From the IMG/VR virus record IMGVR_UViG_3300049222_000252, positions 1 to 58,995 of that record: 58,995 nt of DNA; one strand, written 5' to 3'. The notes beneath the pieces were generated by a model, which worked only from the letters and a program-made list of their open reading frames with translations, searched no databases and was not told where the DNA came from. Of this stretch, positions 27,553 to 34,111 are shown one piece after another. Position 1 is the first letter of the stretch. Each line of letters starts with the position of its first letter. The stretch is from a virus (lineage: Duplodnaviria > Caudoviricetes). A program made the translations under genes and the position numbers.

Positions 27553-27684
27553 ATTATTTAAATTTAGCTGCAACTTCACGTATTTCTTCTTTGTCATCGC
27601 TGTCAAGCCCAGGTGTTTGCTGAGCATACATACGTAGTACATAGTGAACAAATGTGCAATCGCTATCTGTTAGTTCAATTGTTT

Positions 27685-27900
27685 TCATAATCCTGATTTT
27701 TTAAGGAAGTAATTGTATACTTCTGGTATGTGTTTTTTGTAGTAAGGTTGCTCTGATGCAACCCAGCTTTTTAACGCTTTTTTATTTGGAAAACTCCAGT
27801 TTTTAGCATTACCGCTGTTTACCATATCAAACGTAGGTTCTATATCGTCAATGAAGTCACCGACTGTCCAACCTTCCCATATGTGTTTATCTCTATTCAT
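27685..27900 (-). CDS. Hypothetical early protein
   Basis: 71-aa ORF, HIWEGWTVGDFI...QPYYKKHIPEV. Confidence 0.7.
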   Translation of the reverse strand: MNRDKHIWEGWTVGDFIDDIEPTFDMVNSGNAKNWSFPNKKALKSWVASEQPYYKKHIPEVYNYFLKKSGL

Positions 27901-28505
27901 TAGTGAAATATTAATCCTATTTTTTTGTTTTTACTAAACCATTTTGTTGCCATCAAATCAATGTTAGAAGCATCCACATAACCGTTAGATAACAGATCGC
28001 TATTAGTAGAAAATATTTTGGTGTGTCTATGTTTTCTTTCATTTATCATATGTTTTTGTTTGCCAGAATCACTAAATATAATATCGTAATTATCTGGTAA
28101 TGAAGTATTTAACATCATATCAACCATATTAGTATATGAATAAAACTTAACACTAGGATTTTGTTTAGCAATTGTTATCCACTTTTGTAGATATGCTTTG
28201 CTGTAGTAATCGCCAGAATCATGTACACGTACATAGTCTGGTTTCTTACGTTTTATTTCAGTGTTCATTGCGTCTACAAATTCGTCTGTCTTGCTTAGCT
28301 CATAGCGCTTTTCGAAAGCAGGTTTTACATTGCTCCAGATATATGCGCCTTTTTTAGCATAACAAAACTTTACACAGTCTTTAGCCATTGGGCATGTTAG
28401 TTTACCACTGGCTGATTTGTACGCAGGTATACCAAAGTTAAAAACTCTAACACCAAGTTCTTTACTTGTTTTCTTTAATTTAGTATTTTGTGTTAGTAAA
28501 TTCAC
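27900..28505 (-). CDS. Gp88-like protein (radical-SAM-like Cys cluster)
   Basis: NTKLKK, TCPMAKDCVKFCYA, RVHDSGDY, YSYT. Confidence 0.75.
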   Translation of the reverse strand: MNLLTQNTKLKKTSKELGVRVFNFGIPAYKSASGKLTCPMAKDCVKFCYAKKGAYIWSNVKPAFEKRYELSKTDEFVDAMNTEIKRKKPDYVRVHDSGDYYSKAYLQKWITIAKQNPSVKFYSYTNMVDMMLNTSLPDNYDIIFSDSGKQKHMINERKHRHTKIFSTNSDLLSNGYVDASNIDLMATKWFSKNKKIGLIFH

Positions 28506-28699
28506 AAGTTATTATCTAGTATATTAGTAATTTTATCTTCCATATCTACTATATCTTTAGCAAGCTCAAGTATAGTATCGAGACCTCTTAACTCTTCTTT
28601 GCTAAGGTCTACGTCTACATTTGTGTCGAATAGTGTATCGACTACATCTTGCATATCAATCGAGGTATTTTGATACCTGCAATAGCTCATATTTGGCAT
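28502..28699 (-). CDS. Hypothetical early protein (MPNMSYCRYQNT)
   Basis: 65-aa ORF directly downstream of tRNA-like element 1. Confidence 0.7.
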   Translation of the reverse strand: MPNMSYCRYQNTSIDMQDVVDTLFDTNVDVDLSKEELRGLDTILELAKDIVDMEDKITNILDNNL

Positions 28700-28719
28700 A
28701 ATTTATAATTTAAAGTTAG

Positions 28720-28810
28720 AAGGCGTGGCAGGAATCGAACCTGCCTAACATAGTGTAGGTTGCTCTTATTTGCATTTATCCTCAAACACACTACTGACCA
28801 TTTCACGCCT
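28720..28810 (-). ncRNA. tRNA-like element 1 (no D-stem; internal stem with 31-nt insert)
   Basis: AGGCGTG/CACGCCT acceptor stem, AAATGGTCA loop, GTAGTGT/ACACTAT stem, GCAGG-TTCGATT-CCTGC T-arm; intergenic. Confidence 0.8.
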
Positions 28811-28818
28811 GGTCCACA

Positions 28819-29085
28819 CTAATCTAATAGTGTCATGTAAGCTGACGGGTTTGCTACTCGAAACCAGTCTAAACCTTTGCGGTGATCGTTCATAATCTTT
28901 TGAGATCTGTAACCTGTGCTCTCTAGTATCATGGTTGCACCCATAATAAAGTCATACATACTAAGCTCATTTGCATTTAACTCTGCAGGTTCGCCTGTAA
29001 ATATGTTTTCTACTGTACCACCTTCTGGATATACATCTCCATTAAACCATTTCGGTAGTGGCTTCATCTGCGTTTTCGTACTCAT
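28819..29085 (-). CDS. Hypothetical early protein
   Basis: ORF ending NPSAYMTLLD; start uncertain. Confidence 0.65.
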   Translation of the reverse strand: MSTKTQMKPLPKWFNGDVYPEGGTVENIFTGEPAELNANELSMYDFIMGATMILESTGYRSQKIMNDHRKGLDWFRVANPSAYMTLLD

Positions 29086-29506
29086 ATCCTTGTTCTATTA
29101 GTTCGTTTTCTATTTTTTCTTTAATATCGTTTACCATATTTCTATAGGACTCTTCAACAGCGTCTATAAATGGGTGCCAATCTAAGTCGTCGATATACAT
29201 ATTGTAGCCTTCTTGTATTGCTTCTGCAATTTCATCTGACAAATCATTTTCATAGTAGTGTATATCTTCACCAACACAAATGCTGTCAGTGTTGTTAGTA
29301 GCAATAAACACTTCATAACCGTCTGCAGTTGTTTCAGAGTAGCAATAAAAATCAAAGTGTTTGTTAGTCCATTGGTCTGAAACTTCGCAGTCATAATGCT
29401 TTTCAAGCAAGTTCCAAGCTTTAGTTTCGTCCATATCGTGGTACTCTAAGTACCCTTTAGCCTCTAACTTATCAGTTATCAGCTTATCTGTTATTATTTT
29501 TGCCAT
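29042..29506 (-). CDS. Acidic early protein
   Basis: 154 aa, strongly Asp/Glu-rich. Confidence 0.7.
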   Translation of the reverse strand: MAKIITDKLITDKLEAKGYLEYHDMDETKAWNLLEKHYDCEVSDQWTNKHFDFYCYSETTADGYEVFIATNNTDSICVGEDIHYYENDLSDEIAEAIQEGYNMYIDDLDWHPFIDAVEESYRNMVNDIKEKIENELIEQGYEYENADEATTEMV

Positions 29507-29841
29507 TGTTTATTGTAGTAGTTTTTAAGTATATAATTGAATATAAAGTCAATACGGTTTTTTTCACCATATATCATCATACGTTTTCTGTTTGTCCAAG
29601 ATTTAAGCTCACCATACGTGCTTACAAACTTGTAAGGTACTTCGTAAGTTGGATTTATTTGATATCTTGCGTGGCAGTTTCTGTCAATCCTTACATAACC
29701 TGATTGATAAGAGGCTATTGTCACCTGCTTACCTCTTACCCTGTAAGGTAAAGCAAACTCTCTAGTGCCATTATTTCGCTGTTTAGGCGTCGTAATTTCC
29801 TCTACTCCCAAGTATTTCATCAGCGTAGTCGTATTTTCCAT
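29494..29841 (-). CDS. Hypothetical early protein
   Basis: 115-aa ORF in the packed operon. Confidence 0.65.
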   Translation of the reverse strand: MENTTTLMKYLGVEEITTPKQRNNGTREFALPYRVRGKQVTIASYQSGYVRIDRNCHARYQINPTYEVPYKFVSTYGELKSWTNRKRMMIYGEKNRIDFIFNYILKNYYNKQWQK

Positions 29842-30067
29842 AGTCTAATTCTATTAGTTTAAATATATAATTCCAAGTTTCTAGCTCACGCTTTGATGCG
29901 TCGAGACATAATTCTAGCTCATGAAGCGTTACAGCGCCTGTATTTTTGCGCTCAATATCATATTCTAACTTTCTAATCTCAATTTGTTTTGCATTGATTT
30001 TAGAAAAAGCTTTATCATGTGCTTTTAATTTAATTACTTCCTTCATAGTTGTCAAAGATTTCGTCAC
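29783..30067 (-). CDS. Hypothetical early protein
   Basis: Coiled-coil ORF; start probably MKEVIK. Confidence 0.55.
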   Translation of the reverse strand: MTKSLTTMKEVIKLKAHDKAFSKINAKQIEIRKLEYDIERKNTGAVTLHELELCLDASKRELETWNYIFKLIELDYGKYDYADEILGSRGNYDA

Positions 30068-30284
30068 CCCAAATGATTGAGATAGCTGATTGGTCTACAT
30101 AGCTCGTGTCAGAGAACATATGAACTCTTCTCATATCATCGATAGTTAGATCACCAATGAAGTATGTACTTTCAAGTTTGGCAATTACTTGCCTAACAGA
30201 TGAGCTGTATTTGCCTTCGTTTTCTTTGAGCTTAGCTCTAACTCTAGGCTTTAGCCTATTGTAAAGTGTAGGTATTTTAGTCAT
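30030..30284 (-). CDS. Hypothetical early protein
   Basis: 84-aa ORF directly downstream of tRNA-like element 2. Confidence 0.65.
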   Translation of the reverse strand: MTKIPTLYNRLKPRVRAKLKENEGKYSSSVRQVIAKLESTYFIGDLTIDDMRRVHMFSDTSYVDQSAISIIWGDEIFDNYEGSN

Positions 30285-30300
30285 ATTTATTTAATTTTAG

Positions 30301-30387
30301 TGGACGTGGCAGGAATCGAACCTGCGTTTGAAGCATTTGGACTCGGTAACCCGTTATTTATTCGCTTCATCTAACCATTTCACGCCC
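30301..30387 (-). ncRNA. tRNA-like element 2, tmRNA-TLD-like with G3.U70 and A73
   Basis: GGGCGTG/CACGTCC-A acceptor, AAATGGTTAGA loop, TGAAGC/GCTTCA stem, AAC-GCAGG-TTCGATT-CCTGC T-arm. Confidence 0.82.
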
Positions 30388-30390
30388 ATA

Positions 30391-30554
30391 AGGCAGCAGT
30401 TGCGGACTGGTAGTTAACTAGTATTGTCATTTATCCGCTCTTTCTGTTTTATTGAAGGTATGACTGAGACGCTCTAAGGAATACTCGTTCGATGAGTCTT
30501 ACACTCCGTTTCGTCTTAACCCTTTCAACTAACGTGACCAGTATGCCGCCGCCT
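30391..30554 (-). ncRNA. ~164-nt structured intergenic RNA
   Basis: Nested stems AGGCGGCGG/CTGCTGCCT, ACTGGT/ACCAGT, AGTTGA/TTAACT, AGACG/CGTCT, ACTC/GAGT; no track ORF. Confidence 0.6.
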
Positions 30555-30741
30555 ATTTACGTCGCCAAGACCTGTGTACACTTGCAGACACTTCTTGGCT
30601 GACGATTTGAATTGTATTGCCTGTTTTGTGCTCAATGATAGGTATATAGCTGTAAGTTTTAGCTGTTGAACAATCAACACAAGTGTTATATCCTAGTTTT
30701 TGTCGCACTGGGTGCACATCATTTCCGCATCTACAATACAT
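30553..30741 (-). CDS. Small zinc-finger protein (DksA/TraR-type Cys spacing)
   Basis: CRCG...R..LGYNTCVDCS. Confidence 0.7.
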   Translation of the reverse strand: MYCRCGNDVHPVRQKLGYNTCVDCSTAKTYSYIPIIEHKTGNTIQIVSQEVSASVHRSWRRK

Positions 30742-30756
30742 AATTTGTTTATTTTA

Positions 30757-30793
30757 TATTATTATCCAACGGTGTTCGTATTTTGTTTGTAAA
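30757..30793 (-). promoter_or_regulatory. Early promoter motif copy P5
   Basis: TTTACAAACAAAATAC-GAACACCGT-TGGATAATA upstream of ATG 30741. Confidence 0.8.
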
Positions 30794-30995
30794 GGATTTC
30801 AATAGTTTTACTAACCACTGCTTCCAATGCATCATAATAATCATCACCACTTAATTTATCTAGCGATGTACCATCAATAGCCCACTCTGCGTTTTGCATT
30901 AGTGTTTCTTTAGCTGTTGTAGCCATAAAATCTGCTACTTGCTCTATTTCTTTCATCTTACCCATATTAAAAGTAGTATATTTCGTTATCAGCAT
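30762..30995 (-). CDS. Hypothetical early protein (start probably MGKMKE)
   Basis: ORF track plus AT-rich leader. Confidence 0.6.
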   Translation of the reverse strand: MLITKYTTFNMGKMKEIEQVADFMATTAKETLMQNAEWAIDGTSLDKLSGDDYYDALEAVVSKTIEILYKQNTNTVG

Positions 30996-31212
30996 GAGAC
31001 ATCCAGTTCACTTCGTCTAGTCTATAACCTTCAGAGGTAATAAACTCTTCAAAGTCTTCAGTTTGAAATGAAGATAACTGCTCATCGTTGAAGTGATCTT
31101 GCAAGTCATACTGGTCGACAGTGCCATTAGCGTAGTCTAGTATTGTTAAATAGTGCATTTTTTTATTTGTTTTAGTTGTTCGACTGAATATTGTTTGCTC
31201 GTCTCGCGCCAC
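30967..31212 (-). CDS. Acidic hypothetical early protein (start probably MHYLTILDY)
   Basis: ORF track. Confidence 0.6.
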   Translation of the reverse strand: MARDEQTIFSRTTKTNKKMHYLTILDYANGTVDQYDLQDHFNDEQLSSFQTEDFEEFITSEGYRLDEVNWMSHADNEIYYF

Positions 31213-31403
31213 ATACGGTGGTGAGTGAACTTACGAGCTTTAGCAAAACTCGATTTCTGACTGTGTTTAATACGAGTGTATTCTTTGTCAGTTAGTCCAC
31301 TGCACCTGCCTTCGTGGGCAAACTTGCGTCTATGCTCCGCAGCTCGCTGTTTTCTCATGAACGAAGAGTATTCGCATAGCTCTTTCATAGTTGTTACGCC
31401 CAT
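31146..31403 (-). CDS. Basic hypothetical early protein
   Basis: ORF track; start probably MKELCEY. Confidence 0.55.
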   Translation of the reverse strand: MGVTTMKELCEYSSFMRKQRAAEHRRKFAHEGRCSGLTDKEYTRIKHSQKSSFAKARKFTHHRMWRETSKQYSVEQLKQIKKCTI

Positions 31404-31597
31404 GGGTTGTCTGATTTAGGTACATAGGTTAGACCTTTGTAGTTGAACCATTGATATATACCTTCTTGGATATCGCCATTACCGGTTAGTCTTTGTTTAA
31501 AGCCAAATGATGGAGGTAGATTACCTACACTGTAAGGTTTATAAATTTCGCCGTTAAGCTTGATTGTCTTATCAGATAAGAATTTGATTGATTGCAT
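31394..31597 (-). CDS. Hypothetical early protein
   Basis: 67-aa ORF immediately after promoter P4. Confidence 0.7.
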   Translation of the reverse strand: MQSIKFLSDKTIKLNGEIYKPYSVGNLPPSFGFKQRLTGNGDIQEGIYQWFNYKGLTYVPKSDNPWA

Positions 31598-31613
31598 AGT
31601 TTGTAATTGTTTA

Positions 31614-31650
31614 TTATATTATCCAGTAAGTGTCGTATTTTATTTGTAAT
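31614..31650 (-). promoter_or_regulatory. Early promoter motif copy P4
   Basis: ATTACAAATAAAATAC-GACACTTAC-TGGATAATA. Confidence 0.8.
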
Positions 31651-31783
31651 AATTTTGCTGCCATTGTGGAATACCTGAGTTATAGCGCTCATAATACTCA
31701 CGCTCAAACGCTTCTATTTGAGCTCTAGTTAGCTTTGCAAAAGTTAATCTAGTTCGTCTTCTTGTAGATTTGCTTCTATCCAT
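31640..31783 (-). CDS. Hypothetical peptide (47 aa)
   Basis: MDRSKSTRRRTRLTFAKLTRAQIEAFEREYYERYNSGIPQWQQNYYK; fills the gap before P4. Confidence 0.5.
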   Translation of the reverse strand: MDRSKSTRRRTRLTFAKLTRAQIEAFEREYYERYNSGIPQWQQNYYK

Positions 31784-31983
31784 TCGTTTTCTTCTTTTAG
31801 TACTTTATATTCTATTTTAACTATCAAGTCATTAAATAAATCTTGAGTAGTTTCACCGTCTTCTAAGTCACATTCATGAGTTACAAAGCTTAGTACTCTC
31901 TGTGATACGTGAGCCCAACCGTTTAAGTCGTATAGCTCAGCGAAGTAGTCTATTGTTTCTTCGTTCCAAGTAAATTCTTTCAT
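31744..31983 (-). CDS. Acidic hypothetical early protein
   Basis: Start MKEFTWNE within the track ORF. Confidence 0.6.
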   Translation of the reverse strand: MKEFTWNEETIDYFAELYDLNGWAHVSQRVLSFVTHECDLEDGETTQDLFNDLIVKIEYKVLKEENEWIEANLQEDELD

Positions 31984-32177
31984 ATTGTTTCTTTGTTTAT
32001 AGCTTCGAGCATTTGCTCTAACACCCATTTAATTTCTTTTATACTATTACCGCCTACTGTAGCTCCTTTAGATGTATATCCATTGATTTTACCATCTTCA
32101 CTGTAATATACTTCGTGTATTTGATAGAAATCATCTTCACCATCTTTAGTTTTAATTACTCTGTAGTTCCAACTCAT
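31980..32177 (-). CDS. Hypothetical protein (MSWNYRV... QIHEVYY type)
   Basis: Start MSWNYRVI within the track ORF. Confidence 0.7.
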   Translation of the reverse strand: MSWNYRVIKTKDGEDDFYQIHEVYYSEDGKINGYTSKGATVGGNSIKEIKWVLEQMLEAINKETI

Positions 32178-32178
32178 A

Positions 32179-32436
32179 TTAGTCGCCTTGATATCTAGTT
32201 GTGTCTGCATAATAAGCAGCAGCACTTGCAGTAGATAGCTCGCGACGGTATTCGTATAGCGCTCGGTTATCTAAGTAGTCATCGATTCTATGAATCATAT
32301 CTTGTTCTAGTTCTGTAGAGAACGATTGAATATGGTATGGGTGGAAGTTAAAATACTCGCATGAGTAACCACTTGCTTTGTTACCTTTATAGGTAGTCCA
32401 CTCGTGATATTCGTAAGGTATATTCCTGTGTTGCAT
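32179..32436 (-). CDS. Hypothetical early protein
   Basis: 85-aa ORF immediately after P3. Confidence 0.7.
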   Translation of the reverse strand: MQHRNIPYEYHEWTTYKGNKASGYSCEYFNFHPYHIQSFSTELEQDMIHRIDDYLDNRALYEYRRELSTASAAAYYADTTRYQGD

Positions 32437-32451
32437 AGTATTATTATTTTA

Positions 32452-32488
32452 TATTATTATCCAGTTAGTTTCGTATTTTATTTGTAAA
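32452..32488 (-). promoter_or_regulatory. Early promoter motif copy P3
   Basis: TTTACAAATAAAATAC-GAAACTAAC-TGGATAATA. Confidence 0.8.
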
Positions 32489-32624
32489 TACCAAAGTCTG
32501 CATCGAGCTTTCCGGTAATAAGACCGAAGATTAAGAAACCAATTCCTGATATTACCATTGTAGTTAAACCAATTGCAGTTGCATAAGTGATAGCCATGAT
32601 AGCTTTGTGAGTAAACTTTCTCAT
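32478..32624 (-). CDS. Small single-pass membrane peptide (48 aa)
   Basis: MRKFTHKAIMAITYATAIGLTTMVISGIGFLIFGLITGKLDADFGIYK. Confidence 0.6.
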   Translation of the reverse strand: MRKFTHKAIMAITYATAIGLTTMVISGIGFLIFGLITGKLDADFGIYK

Positions 32625-32755
32625 TTGTTAGTTGATTTATAGTAGTTAATTCTTTCTAATATTTCTTGTCTTTCTATAAGACCTTCCATTTGTTGTAGTA
32701 TGTCGCTTGACATATCTATCTGTTTCCCGTTAGGGCAAGTTAGTATATATTGCAT
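32621..32755 (-). CDS. Hypothetical peptide (44 aa)
   Basis: MQYILTCPNGKQIDMS..., 14 nt after tRNA-like element 3. Confidence 0.6.
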   Translation of the reverse strand: MQYILTCPNGKQIDMSSDILQQMEGLIERQEILERINYYKSTNK

Positions 32756-32769
32756 AGTTATTATTTTAG

Positions 32770-32810
32770 AAGTCACGGTGAGAATCGAACTCACATTAAC
32801 CATTGTGACT
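32770..32810 (-). ncRNA. tRNA-like element 3 (41-nt minihelix: acceptor stem + GG loop + T-arm)
   Basis: AGTCAC-AATGGTTAAT-GTGAG-TTCGATT-CTCAC-C-GTGACT-T. Confidence 0.75.
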
Positions 32811-32901
32811 AGTTTACCGCTTGCTCGTTTTATTTTATGTCGCTAAGGCGATAGCTCAACTACGACATTAGTTATACTGAATTTAAGCAGTTTGTTTCAA
32901 G

Positions 32902-33132
32902 TTATAGTACTTCAGCATTTTGTAGTACTTTTGGAACAGAAGTTGATGAAGTGTACGAGTTGTACTTTAACCAACATGATAAGTGTTCAAGATTTTCAGA
33001 CATTAGCTCATAAGCTTTATCATGATTGTATTTGAAAGTTTTGCCATTTTTGAATGTAACTTCGATGATAGCATTTTGATTGATTAGAGATTTACGAATG
33101 ACGAATCTTTTTGATTGAATTGAATTTTGCAT
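32902..33132 (-). CDS. First early gene, hypothetical
   Basis: 76-aa ORF after P2. Confidence 0.75.
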   Translation of the reverse strand: MQNSIQSKRFVIRKSLINQNAIIEVTFKNGKTFKYNHDKAYELMSENLEHLSCWLKYNSYTSSTSVPKVLQNAEVL

Positions 33133-33163
33133 AGTTATGAATTTAAGTATTTATATTTGTTTA

Positions 33164-33200
33164 TTATATTATCCAGTTGTTACTGTATTTTGTTTGTAAA
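33164..33200 (-). promoter_or_regulatory. Early promoter motif copy P2
   Basis: TTTACAAACAAAATAC-AGTAACAAC-TGGATAATA. Confidence 0.8.
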
Positions 33201-33290
33201 GAGTGTAGTTTTATTTATTACTAGTTTTTGTTAGGTAGTTATTACACTACACCTCTTTGTGTATAACTAATTAGTATTTGTTAGTTACAT

Positions 33291-33327
33291 TATTATTATC
33301 CAAATGGTGTTGTATTATGTCTGTAAA
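33291..33327 (-). promoter_or_regulatory. Early promoter motif copy P1
   Basis: TTTACAGACATAATAC-AACACCATT-TGGATAATA. Confidence 0.78.
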
Positions 33328-33329
33328 GT

Positions 33330-33640
33330 ATAATAATTAGCTTAGTAACATGTGTAGAAAAAGTCAAAACATTCTACGTAAATGGCTGAAAATCTGATAT
33401 ATATACGTAAAATTGTGGAAAAGTTGGGGGGCCCGGAAAAATTAAAAACGTTTTTGTAAATTGTTGATAATCAATAACATAGGGGGTAACACAAAACCCC
33501 TATATTTCTAACGTAATTTTTTCAGAACTGTGACATTAGGGTTATAAGTATATAGAGTAAGGGGCTATTGTCACACTTTTAACCATTTGTAAACAATCAC
33601 TTTCCTATGTAAGTATATAGAATATAAAAGAATTTAGAAA
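33330..33640. other. Non-coding divergence region (candidate origin / physical genome end)
   Basis: Strand switch point. Contains TACGTAAA direct repeats, a GGGGGGCCCGG tract, a TAGGGG/CCCCTA hairpin and palindrome B. Confidence 0.55.
33529..33575. promoter_or_regulatory. Palindromic site B (TGTGACA-N33-TGTCACA)
   Basis: Its reverse complement matches site A at 24 of 27 positions over the first arm. Confidence 0.7.
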
Positions 33641-33642
33641 AT

Positions 33643-34101
33643 ATGGCAATAATTTATTCATACCCTGCTATTGACAATGTATCATCAGGTGATTTAATAC
33701 TAATATCAGACTCTAGCAAGTCAAACGCAACAAAATCAGCCACAGTTAACCAACTGTCAGCTTACATTGTACCTGGTATTAATGTTTATGACTCTTATAC
33801 AGCGTTGTTAACACAAACGAGTACCAATGCTCCTGTAGCTACAGTACTGTCAAATAACCTAACAGCTACGCTCACTTGGGCACGCACAGGCGTGGGGGTT
33901 TATACGTTGACAGCTAGCGCAGCTACTTTTACAGCTAATAAAACGATAGTATTTTTAAATGCAGGTTCAGGCATACCACTTATTTCTGCAGAAAGAACAA
34001 GTGACACTGTTTTAACAGTAAAAACATTTGTACCTAGTAGTGGCGCCGCTGTTGACGCTTCTATAACAAACGGAGCTTTTGAAGTAAGAATCTACTCTTA
34101 A
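33643..34101 (+). CDS. Short fibre/structural protein (MAIIYSYP anchor)
   Basis: YTALLTQTSTNAP...WARTGVGVY...FEVRIY; shares its N-terminus with the next gene. Confidence 0.7.
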   Translation: MAIIYSYPAIDNVSSGDLILISDSSKSNATKSATVNQLSAYIVPGINVYDSYTALLTQTSTNAPVATVLSNNLTATLTWARTGVGVYTLTASAATFTANKTIVFLNAGSGIPLISAERTSDTVLTVKTFVPSSGAAVDASITNGAFEVRIYS

Positions 34102-34111
34102 CAAATAACAC

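Noticed and set aside
28720-30387. Canonical tRNA genes
   Set aside because: No D-stem and no 5-bp/7-nt anticodon arm, so no anticodon can be assigned. Reported as tRNA-like ncRNAs instead.
30480-30530. Hammerhead ribozyme (GACGAAAC on the - strand, GATGAG on the + strand)
   Set aside because: CUGANGA and GAAA are not on the same strand in the required order.
30757-33327. Repeated 37-bp motif as a CRISPR or mini-array
   Set aside because: Copies are 130-860 bp apart, separated by genes, have a variable core and precede start codons. No cas genes.
25514-33575. CRP sites or IS/transposon ends (TGTGA...TCACA)
   Set aside because: Half-site spacing is ~36 bp rather than 6, and no transposase or site-specific recombinase is present.
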